From positions 1 to 64,000 of the IMG/VR virus record IMGVR_UViG_3300037067_016086: a stretch of 64,000 nucleotides of DNA, one strand, 5' to 3'. This document shows positions 19,007-30,699 of the stretch, piece after piece (within the stretch, counting starts at the first letter, position 1; every line of letters begins with the position of its first letter). A program made the position numbers and the translations under genes. The notes under the pieces are model-generated. The model did not search any database. It worked only from the letters and a program-made list of their open reading frames with translations, and was not told where the DNA came from. The stretch is from a virus (lineage: Duplodnaviria; Caudoviricetes).

Positions 19007-19493
19007 GGATGTTCCTCCTCGCTTTGAGCCGAATCGCCTCCGCGATCACGTAGGCATCGGCAATGTCTGAATCCCCGAACGCGAACCCCTTTGATGCGAG
19101 AGCGGGTTCGACCAGTTTCTTCTTGATGCGGCCGTTTCCGAACACCAGGGCCCGAGCCGAGTTGACCGCCACGATCTGCGGCAGGACATGCTCAGCCAGC
19201 CAGAGCTGCGTCTTGACCACGCCCCCCAGCTCCCCCAGGTCGTTCTGCGAACCGCGTGCGTTGTACGCGTACCGCTCGATGCCAACCGCCAGTCCCGCCG
19301 CCCCTCCGTGCGCCCGAACCAGATCCAGGATCGTGGTCGTGATGTGGAGCAGGCGATCGATGTAGTCCAGCACGGTGGTCGTCTTGCGGTCCAGGGCCCA
19401 CCCGTCCTTGGCGGTCGCCAGCACGACACCCTCGTCGTCGAGCACGACGATGCCGGTGCCGGTGCACGACAGGTCGAGACCCATGTGGTTCAT
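18852..19493 (-). CDS. ruvC: RuvC-like Holliday junction resolvase
   Basis: MGLDLSCTGTG, VGIERYAY, LGELGGVVK, DIADAYVIA acidic motifs. Confidence 0.85.
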   Translation of the reverse strand: MNHMGLDLSCTGTGIVVLDDEGVVLATAKDGWALDRKTTTVLDYIDRLLHITTTILDLVRAHGGAAGLAVGIERYAYNARGSQNDLGELGGVVKTQLWLAEHVLPQIVAVNSARALVFGNGRIKKKLVEPALASKGFAFGDSDIADAYVIAEAIRLKARRNIHDNGSGGEDGTGGEGGSEGGRARHPRKAGGGGGVVRRGRARRGPAPGAGPA

Positions 19494-20512
19494 GCGGGCT
19501 GCTCCGCGCCCTTCTCGGCCTTCGCGGGCTTCTCCTTCTTGGGCTTCGGCGGGAAGCAGATGTCCCGCAGATCACACTTGCGCGCCCGAGGGTCGCTCTT
19601 GATGCGGCAGACCGCAGGTCGCTCGGGCGTGGCCTTCTCCAAGATCGACTGCGCGATCGATTCCCGGTCGGCCACCCCTATCTCCTCCAGCCCGCGACGC
19701 ATGTCCTTCGCGGCCTCCAAAGCCTTGACCATGGCCTCCACCGAGGCGCCGCACGCCGTCAGATCCGCCTCCAGCTTCCGAATCGCAGCATCGTCCCGGA
19801 CCACTACGTGCTCCGCCAGCATGTGGCGCATCTTGTCGCTGCCCTTGGCCACGTACAGCAGCCGTCCGCGCTCCAGCCCGCTCATCCACAGGTACGACTG
19901 CACCTGAAGAACGTGGTCCGCCTTGGGGCGGCCGCCAGCCAGCGGGTTCACGCTCGGGAACTGGTCCTCGCGGATGCTCTTGATCTCCAGCACCTCGGTC
20001 GCGCCGTCCGGCCACACCAGCACGCCGTCCCACTTGCCGACGAACCGGCAAGACTGGATGCGGCCCTTGGGCTCCACGAACTTCCAGTAGTCGCCCTCGG
20101 GCTTCGGGCTCCACCCACGCCCCGGCTCGGTCCACGGCCCCGCGGTCTTGCCCGGGTGCACCTCCAGGACTGTCCCGTCCTTCGAGATGCGCTGCCAGCC
20201 ACCCTGGAGCAGAGTTCCCAAACTGGGAAGCAGATCGTTCTGGAGCGCGTAGTGGTACCCGGTTCCCACCGCGAAGATCCACATCAGCTCGGGGTCCGGA
20301 GCCTCTCGGATCGAGATGCCGTGTCGCACAGCCAGCGCGAACAGCCGCTGGCACAGGTTGTGGGCGTCCGATGCCGAGAACCACAGGTCCGCAGGGTCCA
20401 GAGGCTTGGCGGGCCTGCCCATCTTCGCGTACATCAGATCCACGAGTTTTGACGAGATCTCACCCTGCGGCGGATCGCCCGCCGCTTGAACTACGGTTCC
20501 GATCATATCCAC
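19490..20512 (-). CDS. Cas4-like PD-(D/E)XK exonuclease
   Basis: SASD...CQR, GTGYH, GKWDG, LEIKS, QVQSY, C-terminal C..C..C cluster ligands. Confidence 0.82.
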   Translation of the reverse strand: MDMIGTVVQAAGDPPQGEISSKLVDLMYAKMGRPAKPLDPADLWFSASDAHNLCQRLFALAVRHGISIREAPDPELMWIFAVGTGYHYALQNDLLPSLGTLLQGGWQRISKDGTVLEVHPGKTAGPWTEPGRGWSPKPEGDYWKFVEPKGRIQSCRFVGKWDGVLVWPDGATEVLEIKSIREDQFPSVNPLAGGRPKADHVLQVQSYLWMSGLERGRLLYVAKGSDKMRHMLAEHVVVRDDAAIRKLEADLTACGASVEAMVKALEAAKDMRRGLEEIGVADRESIAQSILEKATPERPAVCRIKSDPRARKCDLRDICFPPKPKKEKPAKAEKGAEQPA

Positions 20513-20547
20513 CTCCGGCGACGGGATTCACCCGCCGCGCGTGTTTG

Positions 20548-20961
20548 TCAATCGATCTGAACGCGATCCGTGTTCTGGCGCTCCTGCGGCTCCGGCACCG
20601 CACGGTTCGCCACGTCCTTGTCCATCTCCTCCAGCTTGAACTGAAGGCGGACGAGCTTGTCCTCGTCGCGGAGGGTCTTGTAGCGCTGGCGCAGGTGCCC
20701 GTACCACTCGGGCGGACCCGAGAAGCCGTCCATCTGGCACAGCCGCTTGTCCCGGCGCATCTCGCCCACCGTGATGGGCCGCACCGAGATGATCGTGCCG
20801 ACAGCGAAGGGCGTCTCCTTGCCCGTGTGCGCCACGAACTCCGAGGTGAAGAGCAGCTTGCCCCCCACCGTGTAGGGGTGGCCTGCCGGGCACGGCCGCG
20901 TCACGCTCAACGCCTTCCCTTCCTGGATCAGCTTGGTCTCATTGAGGGTACAACTGAACAT
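20548..20961 (-). CDS. ASCH/PUA-like domain protein
   Basis: LIQEGKALSVTRP...GTIISVRPITVGEM...MDGFSGPPEW pattern. Confidence 0.6.
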   Translation of the reverse strand: MFSCTLNETKLIQEGKALSVTRPCPAGHPYTVGGKLLFTSEFVAHTGKETPFAVGTIISVRPITVGEMRRDKRLCQMDGFSGPPEWYGHLRQRYKTLRDEDKLVRLQFKLEEMDKDVANRAVPEPQERQNTDRVQID

Positions 20962-21013
20962 CTTGTCCTCCGTCAGCTATGCGAACTCGCGTTCGCGACA
21001 ACAGGCTCACATC

Positions 21014-21478
21014 CTAGCGCGTTCGGGGCGCCTTGGCCAGCAGGATCACGCCTAACCTTCGGCGCATGCGAGCCACCCACGTCCGAACATGCCACCACCC
21101 GCGCCGATACCAGGGAGCCAGGCGCTGCTCCGTAACCATCACCGTGATCGTCGTCTGGGTCTCTCCATGATTGACGGCTCGAATGTAGCCGCACATCTCG
21201 CTGCCAACCTCGTCGCGGACGCACACCCTCTGCGGTCGCTCATCTCCCGTCGCGTACGCCTGCTGCACCCACTCGTAGAACGACTGGTCGAAGTCGGTCG
21301 AGCGCCGGATCTGCATCTCCGCCGTCAGCTCTCCGCTCGGGAACACGCGCGGTTCGGACGGGATCTCGTAGACATCCGCCCGCTCGGAGATCTCGGGTGG
21401 GATCGCCACTGCGGAGAACCCGGAGCCCTTCCCACCGTCGATCCGGAAGTGGAACCGATCGAACGCAGGCGCCGTCAC
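21014..21478 (-). CDS. Hypothetical protein resembling a T4 gp19-like tail tube protein
   Basis: FHFRIDG..SGFSAV...MQIRRSTDFDQSFYEWVQQ; resemblance judged by eye only. Confidence 0.35.
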   Translation of the reverse strand: MTAPAFDRFHFRIDGGKGSGFSAVAIPPEISERADVYEIPSEPRVFPSGELTAEMQIRRSTDFDQSFYEWVQQAYATGDERPQRVCVRDEVGSEMCGYIRAVNHGETQTTITVMVTEQRLAPWYRRGWWHVRTWVARMRRRLGVILLAKAPRTR

Positions 21479-21996
21479 GGTCCCTCCACGCCAGCATCGC
21501 TGGCCTCTGTCTCGACTTCGGCCGCCGGGGGAGGCGGCAGGTCCTCAGCATCCGTCTCAGTCACGCAGTTCTTACCGTACCGTGTGCTCAGCGTCTTGAA
21601 CACGCCGACAAGGACAGCGTCGGCAACACCGAAGGCCAGAGTCAAGGAGCCGAACGTAATCTCCAACGCCTCCTTCTTCTCCTGCTCCATGTCCTTCGGG
21701 ATCACCGCGGACAGCCCGCTCCCGCCTGTCAGCACGCCGAGCCCCATCAACACGTACGAGATCCCTTCCATCTTGTCGAGCAGCTCCTGACACTCGCGAT
21801 CGGTGTATCCGCCCTTCCACTCCGGCGGCAGCGCGGCCAGCTCGGTGCCCGCGAAGTGCGCCTCCGCCTCGTTGTACTCGTCGCTCGTCAGCTCGGTGCG
21901 CCACACCGGATCGTGGGCTCGCGCCACGTGCCCACCCCCGCACCCGGCCAAGGTGATCAAGATGATCAAGGGGATCAACATGATCATGTTCCGCAT
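21475..21996 (-). CDS. Predicted lipoprotein/membrane protein
   Basis: Signal peptide with lipobox LAGC and two further hydrophobic segments. Confidence 0.6.
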   Translation of the reverse strand: MRNMIMLIPLIILITLAGCGGGHVARAHDPVWRTELTSDEYNEAEAHFAGTELAALPPEWKGGYTDRECQELLDKMEGISYVLMGLGVLTGGSGLSAVIPKDMEQEKKEALEITFGSLTLAFGVADAVLVGVFKTLSTRYGKNCVTETDAEDLPPPPAAEVETEASDAGVEGP

Positions 21997-22208
21997 GTCT
22001 CGTTCCTCCTAGCGAACACGTGTTCGCTTTTCCGGCACCCTCTCCCGATGCGTGCAGGTCGTGATCCGCTTCCCGCAGAATCCCTCCTCGTCTCGAAAGG
22101 CGCACAGGGATTCCGGCGGCTTGCAGCAGCGCGGCCGCGGCGGCAGGGTTATCGGACGAGTCGGTTCATCATCTTCACGGTTCACCCCGCCAGCTTAGCC
22201 CCCTTCCC

Positions 22209-25200
22209 CTATTTCGGGAAGTGCTGACCGGCGAACCCCGCCGCGGTCCGCATCATCGCCCGCGTCTCCTTCGACTTCTGCTGCTTCGCGATCTCGGCCT
22301 TCTGCTGATCCGGAGTCAGCGACGCCCACCACGCCTCCAGTCGGACCTTCTCCTCGGCCTCGATGAGAGCGCGCTTCGCCTTCGACTGCTCCACCCGCAC
22401 CTCGTACGGGCCCCTTCGCTTCGCATCACCCACGTTCGCCTCCGTCTTTCCCTTGCAGTTGCGCGCGCAGCGCCTCGTTCTCCCGCTCCAGCCGGTGCAC
22501 GGAAGCCCCGCGGACGTACCAGCCTGCCAGCATGCCCAGGAGGTACGCGCCCAACAGGACCGAGCACACGATGACCACCAGCATCCAGATCCCCTTCCCG
22601 CGAGGGCATCACCACCCTCAATCCGCGCGAACTTTAACCGACCGCACCTGTTTTGTCAACGGCGAAGGGAGGTACCGATCCGCCGCAGCGTGCGCAGGCT
22701 GAGCCCCAGAGGCGGGCGCCCACGGGTCCACGCCACCACCGTCGTGCGCCTCGACGTCTTCGCCGCCAGGGCCACGCACCGCGGCCGACGCTGCTCCTCC
22801 TCCCGGGCGTAGAAACACCGTCCGTGCTGCGGCCCAGGGAGGTCGAGGTCCATGGAACGGATCATCCGCTGTCGTCTCGGATAGATTCGCGTGACGACCA
22901 TACTGGGCCCCTGGTCCCAGGTGGATGTCGGCGAGATCGTGGGTCCGTTCATCGACGTGCTGTTCGTGTGGCCGTAGCAGATCCGGTACGCTCCCAGCGT
23001 CCCGTAGTCGCATGTCGCGCTCACAGATCTCCCTCCATGTGCCCGATGACGTCGACCGAGTGCGGAGGCATCGGCATCCCGTGGTAACCGGCCGAGATCG
23101 AGAAGTTCGCGGGGAACGTCACGAGCTGCCCGCAGGTGCATCGCACCTTGATCTCCGTCGTCAGAGTCAGCTCCGGCTTCTGCGCCCGGCGCCTCCGCCA
23201 CCCTTCGGCGAGGACGCCGATCCCGAAGCACAGACACGCGATGCCGAACCCGATCCACAGCGTCTTGAAGTCCATCACGATCCCTCCACCTCTCGGATGC
23301 GCAGCAGGTCCGCCAGCTCCGGCTCGCCCTCCGCAGGCCAGGTCACCCGCCAGCTGCGCAGCACCTCGAACCCCACCGAGACGGTCACCTGGGATGGCAT
23401 GCTCGTGTCGGTGGCCATCGGCGTCGCCTCCCCCGTGAAGCGCGCCAGGAGCACCTGGTCGTCCGGCACCTCGGGCACCCCGAAGCAGGGCAGGCCCCAC
23501 AGCCAAGGACGGCCCTCCGCCCGCGCCAGGCTCACCAGGGCGTGCGTGGCGCCCCCGTCCAGGCCGAACCGCTCCGCCTGCTGCGCCAGGGTGCGCTGCA
23601 CCGCAGCCACAATCTGCGCCCGGTTGCAGGGCTTGGACACGAAGTCCTTCAGGGACTCCCGGATGCTGGCCTCCACCTGGTCGTACACCCGCTGGGTCTC
23701 TCGACTCATGGGGTCGCTCATCACGCAACCCCCGCGGGCAGCACGACGTCCGCCATGTCGATCACGATGCCACGGCAGTAGAAATCGTCGTCCTCCATGA
23801 CATTGAAGGTCGCGTGCGGCAGATCCGTCTCGAAGGTCCAGGACGGGCCGTCCTTCTCCTCGCACCAGAGCGCCCGGATCGTGTGCGCCTTGTTCTCCCG
23901 CTGTTGCGCCACCTCCAGCAGCCCGTACTTCTCCAGCACGTCCTCGTCCTCGCGGTCCACCGGAACGATGAGGTTGCCGTCGCGGCCCAGCAACACCGTC
24001 GTGCCGTCGTAGGCGCTCAGCTCTTCCTCGATCGCGCCGCGCAGCTCCACGAGGTCGTCGGAGGCGCCGAAAATCACGAGCAGGCCCGCATCCTTCGCCG
24101 CGTCCTCCTCCGAGTGCGTGATCTCGTCCCCGTACGAGCGCCCGCACAGCTTCGCGGCCAGATCTTCCTTCGTCAGCTTCGCCATCGGTTCTACCGTCTC
24201 CATCACCCCTCCTTCTTCGGTTTGAAGTGCGCCACGAACCCGCAGGTCGGGCACGGCGCCGCGTACACCGGCAGCTTCAGCGTCGGCCCAGGGTTCGCCC
24301 ACACCCGCTGGCCGTCGTGCGGTCCACCGATCACCAGCATCCGGCGCTCGTCGTCCATCAGCCCTCCCCGCGCGTTACCGGATGCAGGCGCCGCAGCCGG
24401 AACTTCACCACCATCTCCTCCCCTTCCGCCCTATCGTTGAACGAGGTCGGCACAACCTCCGCCACCACCGGCATCCACGGCTCCCCATGGACCAACCACG
24501 GCTCCGGATTCGACATGACGCCATCCTTCCCCACCAGCGGCCTCACCGAATCGAGCAACTCCTCCAACTTGATCGTCATGCTCCCTCCCCGCGCAGGATC
24601 GCCAGGATCTTGTCCGCCTGCTCCCGATCGCTCGCCTTCTCTGCTTCGGTCAACATCGCGTACGGCGTGTCCATCAGGCGCACCCAACGCTCCCGATCTT
24701 CCCGCCTCCACCGCAGCCCGAACCGCTCGACAGTGTAGTCGATCTTGATCGCTTTCACCTCCCAGTGCCGCATCCACTCCGCCCACGCCTCGTGCGCGTA
24801 GTCCGCCAGGCGCTCACGGAACTGGTACTCGCGCTCCGCCTTCCGCTCCAGGGCGCGCGCCTGCTCCGCCCTCATCTCGGATTCGAATTCGGAGCAGGCC
24901 TCGCAGCACGGTGCTTCCGACGCGGCAGTTGCGGGAGTCCCCACGCCCGGCCCGTCCACGTAGATCCGACTTCCGCCCGCCTGGAAGAATCCGTAGACCT
25001 CCTGCGCCAGGTCCCGTGGCGCCTGAATCCGAGCGTCGGTGTTGTCTATCAGCTGGTCCTGGTGCGAGCGCCCCAACCGCCCCGGCGGACCCAGCTGCGC
25101 CATCACCGGGAACGGAGACCGCAGCCCCACGTCCACCGTCACCTTGCCCGTCTCCGCGTCCACCACCGGCTCCCCCACGGTGAACGGAGGCTCCGGAGCG

Positions 25201-28200
25201 CGCGCGCCCATCGCCTCCCGGATCGCGTCGGCCGTGCGCTCGTCGGAACAGGCCAGGAACGACGGACCATCCCGCCGCGTGTTGGCAAGGATCTCTGCGC
25301 ATGCCTTTTTCATCTTCTCCGGCAGGTACGGCCGGTTCTGCGTCGGTCCATCATTGCAGTGCCCGAACTCGCCGACAAACTTCGGCGAACACGTGTTCGC
25401 TGCGGGCACGCTCGGCACCGCCTCCAGCTTCCCGTCCTCCGACATGCTCACGCCGGGGTACTTTCCAGCCGCCAACACCCGCACGCAGTCCGGGCACAGG
25501 ACCGAGCAGATGCGCGTCCCCGCAACGGTCAATGCCTCCACCGCCGTCGCCTCTGCCCCGGACACATCGGCCCCACACCGACCGCACGTTCCATGCTTCT
25601 CGATCATCGGACCGCCTCCAAGTGCGCCACGTGCACGCCCTTCACCGCGAATAGCGCGAACCCGTTGTCCAGCGTAACCGCCAGCACCTCGCCGTTGGCC
25701 CCCTGCGGGTCCGGCCCAGTCACCGTTCCCAACTCGCCTGCCACGCCCCACGTGCGCCCCATCTCGTCGTCCTTGATCCGCACCCGCGATCCCAGGATGA
25801 AGTCCATCTCATTCCTCCTTCTTCCAGGCCGTGGTCGCCACCTTCGCGCCCGGGAACGTCCGCTTGGCCTCGTGCGCCAGCTTCACCGCCCGCGGGTCCA
25901 CCCCGATCAGCGCCGCCAGCTCCCGCGCCCGATACGCGATCGGGTCGCCCGGCGCGGGCCGGTAGTTGTCGCACACGAACAGCACCTGCTCCCCGACCAC
26001 CTCGGAGTCGACGACGAGCACGAGGTTCGATCGCGCGAAGTCCCGCAGCGGCATGCCCACCACCTCGTCCGCGGAGGCATTGATCAGCAACACCGTCTCC
26101 ATGGGAACCACCTCGCGAGCAGACGGCATCTCGCCGCCCTCCATTGCCCAGTCAGCCAGCGCCTACCTTACCAGCCTGCGGCGTGTTTGTCAACACACTC
26201 CACGCCTTCGATGTTCGCCCCGGTCCTCGGGTCGCGGTTCCACCGGACCATGAGCGTCGCCAGCGGGATGAACTTGATGCAGACGCGCACCTCTCCATCC
26301 TCCCGCACCGGCTCCAGTCGGTGGTAGGCGGCCAGGATCACGAGGCCGTCGTCCTTCACCTCGGGCGACCCGATCACGGTGATGCCCCAGAGGACCGTCA
26401 CCTGCTTCGCGCGCTCCTCGCTCGCCAGCACGTGCGTCACGCCGTCCAGGGCGTAGCGATCGAGCGACCACCCACGGATGCGCTCTACCTGGGAACGGAT
26501 GAACTCCCGCGTCTCGTAGGACACCACGTCCTCCGTGAAGGGAGCCAGGGCCGCACGGAACTTGGCGATCATGGTCAGCTCGGCCCGCTTCCCCTGCGCC
26601 ACCTTCCTCCGCAACTCCGGATCGATCAGGTCATCCTCGCGGAACCGCGTCTTGCGCTTCATGGGTGTCCCCCTTCGCGGACGCACTCAGCGCCGCGGCA
26701 GCGATCTCCTCGGTCAGCTGCTCCATGTCCAGCTCGCAGCACCCCCAGGCGCCGCAGCGCGGGCAGATCGTCGTGCAGTAGTCCTCGCCGTCGTCGCTCT
26801 CGTCCGAAATCAGATCCCCGTGCGGGAAGCGCTCCCCGCACTCGTCGCACTCCACCTCCACCGCCACGTGGTCGTAGCTATAGGGCGGGATCGGAAAGTG
26901 GCGATACGTGTGCACTGGCCGATTGACGATAGCATTCAATTCGTCTACGCGACCACCGGCCGCCACGATGATGGCGCTCAAGCTGTTCGAGATCCGAGCC
27001 CAGTCGATGTCCTGGCCCGACAACATGACCGCGGAGATCTTGTACTCGCACGCCTTCCCCTCTTGGTAGAAATCAGACTTTACCACCTCGCCGTCGAAGA
27101 AGGCGATGAGCGTCACGAGCCCCTCGTAGATGTCCCGAGCGATGCTCTTGTCGGGATGGAAGAACGCGACCATCAGCGTCACGGAAGGCATACCTGGAAC
27201 GATCTCTTCGGTTTCGCCAGCTCTCGGGTTGCGCCGAATCGTCGCCCTGTCGATCGGAATGAAGTACAGCATCAGTCCAGTGCCTCCTCGATGCGCGCGA
27301 TGTTGCGCCGCAGCGTCTGCATGTCCGCCGGTGTGGGCGCCTCCACCACCTCGCCGTTCTCGTAGCGGTAGGCGCGCAGAAGATCGGCCCGCAGGTTCTC
27401 CAGGCGCTTCTCCAGCTCCGCACCAGAAGCGGGCATGTAGTGGTTGTCGCCGTGTCCCGCCAGGCATCCGCCACCGAAGGACTTACAGAGTGCGCACGGT
27501 CCGTTGCATGCGCTGAACATCTCCATCGACAGCCTCCTACTTGTTCGACGTCTCCCTCAGGAGAGCCGACGTGAGATCCTCGATCGACGCCTTCACGCGG
27601 GCGTGCTCCAGGTAGAAGTTCAGGTCCTTGTTGCAGACATCCTTGCCAGCGCGGACCAACTTCTCCAGGTTGTCCAAAACCTCCAGCGCGCCGTTCAGAT
27701 CCCACAACGACTTCTTGGTCTGCCCGGGAACCTTGGAATCTGCGCGCTCGACGGGCTTCCAGGGCAGCACGGGCAGCTCCTGCTGCTTCGCGCAAGGATC
27801 GGCCGGAGTCGGCGCACCCACCTTCCGAGGGTCCTTCCCGACCAGCTTCGTCACCGCATCCGCAACGTCATCCGACCAGGGCTCCGCACCCCAAAACTGG
27901 CGCTTCACCTGGCTGCACGAAATCTTCAGCTGCTGAGCGATGAGGCTGTATGCCTCCTCCATGCCCATCCCGGAGCTGCGGATCGCCGCCTTCATCTGAT
28001 CCGCCTGGTCCACCTGCGCCTGCGCCTCCGGCGTCGAAGTCCGCAATGCCAGCAGGTGCCTCGAACGCCAGGTGGCCGGAGGAGCATCCCACATCTTCAA
28101 CGCCTCGTGCTTGGCAGCCCAGTCCTTGAACTTCGGCCAGAAGTTCCGGTCCTTGATCGCCAGGCCGGTCATGCGCTGGAACTCCCGCACCGCGGCAAGC

Positions 28201-28919
28201 AGTTCCGGACCGTGAGTCTCGTTGTGAAATCGCACCGCCCGACATGCCTTCTTCTTCGCTGCGTTCATCGACTTCTCCTTCCCGGGCAACGCGCCCGGCA
28301 TCGTTACGGCAACATCACCCGCACTTCCATCCGAACTCCCAACGGCAGAAAGGACTCCGTCCTGTCTGCGACGAGATCCGCGATCCGCGCGTGCGTCTCC
28401 GGTCCGAACCACGTCCAGAGGCGTCGCATTCGCACCGTCACCAGCCCCGGTTGATTGGGCCATGTCTGCGGCGGCCCCACTAGCAAACGCAGCCACCCGA
28501 GGCGCTTCCACAGGTTGTTCAAAGTAGGCGGCTCGCCGCGGCTTCGCAGCGCCATTTGCGTTCGGACTCCCATCCCCGCCAGCACCAGCCGCACCGCCCG
28601 GCGGCGGCGCCACCAGCTGATGATTCCCATTGTGCCCTCCTCCGGTGAAGAACTTGCTCGTGCAGTGGTTGAACTTGATCGGTGGCATGCGGTCGAACGC
28701 GCGACCGCTGAACGTCGTCATGCCACCCTTGTGGATGATGGCGCGGCAGCAGCGCTCCCCGATCTTCTCGCAGGCCAGGATGGTCGACACGCTGTAGGTC
28801 TTCCCGTTGTCGGCGACCAGGTACTTCTCCCGGTCCCGGCTGCGTGGTCCACCCTTGTGACACTTGCCCATCAGTTCCCCCCCGCGCAAATGGCCATGTG
28901 CCCGGCCAGGGTCGACCAC
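22209..28919 (-). CDS. Cluster of small hypothetical ORFs (incl. approx. 22209-22433, 23275-23721, 23721-24203, 24358-24580, 24576-25607, 25604-25807, 25809-26130, 26168-26662, 26631-27272, 27272-27526, 27537-28268, 28304-28630)
   Basis: Contiguous minus-strand ORFs with RBS. 24576-25607 ends in an RyR-like LADYAHEAW...TPYAMLTEAEKASDR motif. Confidence 0.55.
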
Positions 28920-29136
28920 TGGATGTCCACCTCGGTGCCCACGCGGATCGCCCGCTCCGTTCCGTTCACGCTCATGTCGGCCACACGCCCAGATGCAGTC
29001 ACCGCGATGCTGACAGCAGCCTCCGGATAACGCTCCCCCAATGCCTTCGCGTCAGCGAGCACGTTCTGGATGGCGCGCCCCGTCTCCTGAAGGATCTCCT
29101 GGTAGGCCGCCTGCGCCTGTGTGGTCTTGAACTGCA

Positions 29137-29901
29137 TCAGTGGCTCCCCCTCATCCGCAGCGTTTTACCGCGAGCCCCGCGCCAGTCCCTCGTCGTGAGG
29201 CACCGCTGGCAGATGTCCAGGTAGCGATCCCCATGGCTCAGCCGATCGTACACCGCCCGGATCTCTGGAGACTCCAGAACCTTGCGGAAACGGAAGATGT
29301 TCAGGTCGCCGAACGTGTGGCGCCGCTCCCAGTCGCGGCAGCACAGCCCCACGTGCCCGGTCCGGGTCACAATGAGATCCGTGAGCGGCGCGTAGCACGG
29401 CGTGGTCAGATGCACCGGCGCCGCATCGTAGATGCCGAACACCTCCACCCAGTTGGAGTCGTAGATCGTCATAAAGTCGGGACGCGTGTCGAGAGAACGC
29501 AGCCGCTCCAACTCCTCCGCGCCGTACGCTGTCACAGCCAGGTGGTTCAGACCCACGCTGCGCAGGTCACGGATCAGATGCTCGTCCAGGGTCGTGCCGT
29601 TCGTCCAGATCAGCGTCTTGGCCCGAGGGACCGTTCGGTTCACGCGTTCCAGGAACCAGAGCAGCCGCGGGTCCATGAGCGGCTCCCCGTACTGGTGGAA
29701 GCTGATGCACCCAGCGAACCCTGCATCCCGGAGATCGTCGAGCACCTGGAACACCACGGCCGATGACAGGTTCTCGGGCGGACGCGCCGCCTCCAGATGC
29801 GCCGGGCAGCGCGGGTGCAAGTGCGACAGGTTGCAGCGGTTCGATAGCTCGAAGTTCACCCGGTCGAGTTTCTCGAAAGGATCTGCGCACCCGATGCTCA
29901 T
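29137..29901 (-). CDS. Radical SAM/SPASM-domain protein with atypical cluster motif
   Basis: FELSNRCNLSHLHPRCP, FHQYGEPLMDP, TNGT; SPASM CYAP...GHVGLCCRDW...ICQRC. Confidence 0.8.
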   Translation of the reverse strand: MSIGCADPFEKLDRVNFELSNRCNLSHLHPRCPAHLEAARPPENLSSAVVFQVLDDLRDAGFAGCISFHQYGEPLMDPRLLWFLERVNRTVPRAKTLIWTNGTTLDEHLIRDLRSVGLNHLAVTAYGAEELERLRSLDTRPDFMTIYDSNWVEVFGIYDAAPVHLTTPCYAPLTDLIVTRTGHVGLCCRDWERRHTFGDLNIFRFRKVLESPEIRAVYDRLSHGDRYLDICQRCLTTRDWRGARGKTLRMRGSH

Positions 29902-29955
29902 TCCGTCTCTCCGATCAGCTTCTTCCAAACCCGGAGAGGGACCGCAACCCAGTAA

Positions 29956-30699
29956 TCAATCATGATTTTCTGGTTCATGCCCGTATCTCCGACGTTGTGC
30001 ATCGCTCATCCTCTTGATCGTTTCCTTGGAAAATTTCCTTCCTTTGAAAATCTCACTCAACTTCTTCTTCTGGTCTTCCGATACGGGACGCCCACGTCGA
30101 GACTCTGACATCTTTCTCCTGGACTCATCGCTGTGATGCTTCCCAAGATTTGCAACCCTCAATTTCTCTCGGGTAGATTCGGCGATCTCCTTGCCCCTAC
30201 ATCTCTTCCCAAGTTCTCGAATTTGCTCACGCATCGCATCTGTCGCTATACCCTTGTGAGCAGCACTGTGATTCGCTCGCATCTCATCCGTCCAAACCCG
30301 CTTCCGATTAGCTTCCCCTACCGCCATCCGAACGTGATCTGGCTGCACCCATCCCGTCGTCCTGCCAGCCGTCGGGGACAGGTTGTATCCGCGTTCCACG
30401 GCCCCGGTATCGTCTATGTGCCGTTGCTCCGCTTCCAGCAAAACATCCTCGGAAACGAGTTCTACGACCTCCACTGCGAACGAATCCTCCCCATATTTTG
30501 CCCACGCTGCCTGGAGGTAGTTATTGTGATGCTTTCCGCGCCGAAGCGCAGCACGGTGTTGATTCAGACGAAAACGAAGTCTCCCGGCACTCCCGATGTA
30601 GAACTTGCCGTTGACCGTATTCTCGATCCGGTAGATCCCCGGCACGTTTGGGATGTGGTCGACGTTCACTCGGACTCTCCCATTAATTTTTTCCAGCAT
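29956..30699 (-). CDS. GIY-YIG homing endonuclease with NUMOD3 repeats
   Basis: PGIYRIENTVNGKFYIGSA...LQAAWAKYGEDSF; repeated HSDESRRKMSES-type motifs; lower GC than flanks. Confidence 0.9.
   Translation of the reverse strand: MLEKINGRVRVNVDHIPNVPGIYRIENTVNGKFYIGSAGRLRFRLNQHRAALRRGKHHNNYLQAAWAKYGEDSFAVEVVELVSEDVLLEAEQRHIDDTGAVERGYNLSPTAGRTTGWVQPDHVRMAVGEANRKRVWTDEMRANHSAAHKGIATDAMREQIRELGKRCRGKEIAESTREKLRVANLGKHHSDESRRKMSESRRGRPVSEDQKKKLSEIFKGRKFSKETIKRMSDAQRRRYGHEPENHD

Noticed and set aside
19490-20512. Cas4-like gene as the spacer-acquisition enzyme for the array
   Set aside because: It is 6 kb away in a separate unit next to RuvC; solo Cas4-like exonucleases are common phage recombination genes. 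No evidence of linkage.
27537-28919. Single 460-aa protein
   Set aside because: The middle is Ala/Gly/Arg low-complexity and overlaps a better-looking ORF (28304-28630); more likely two or three small genes with a chance in-frame read-through.
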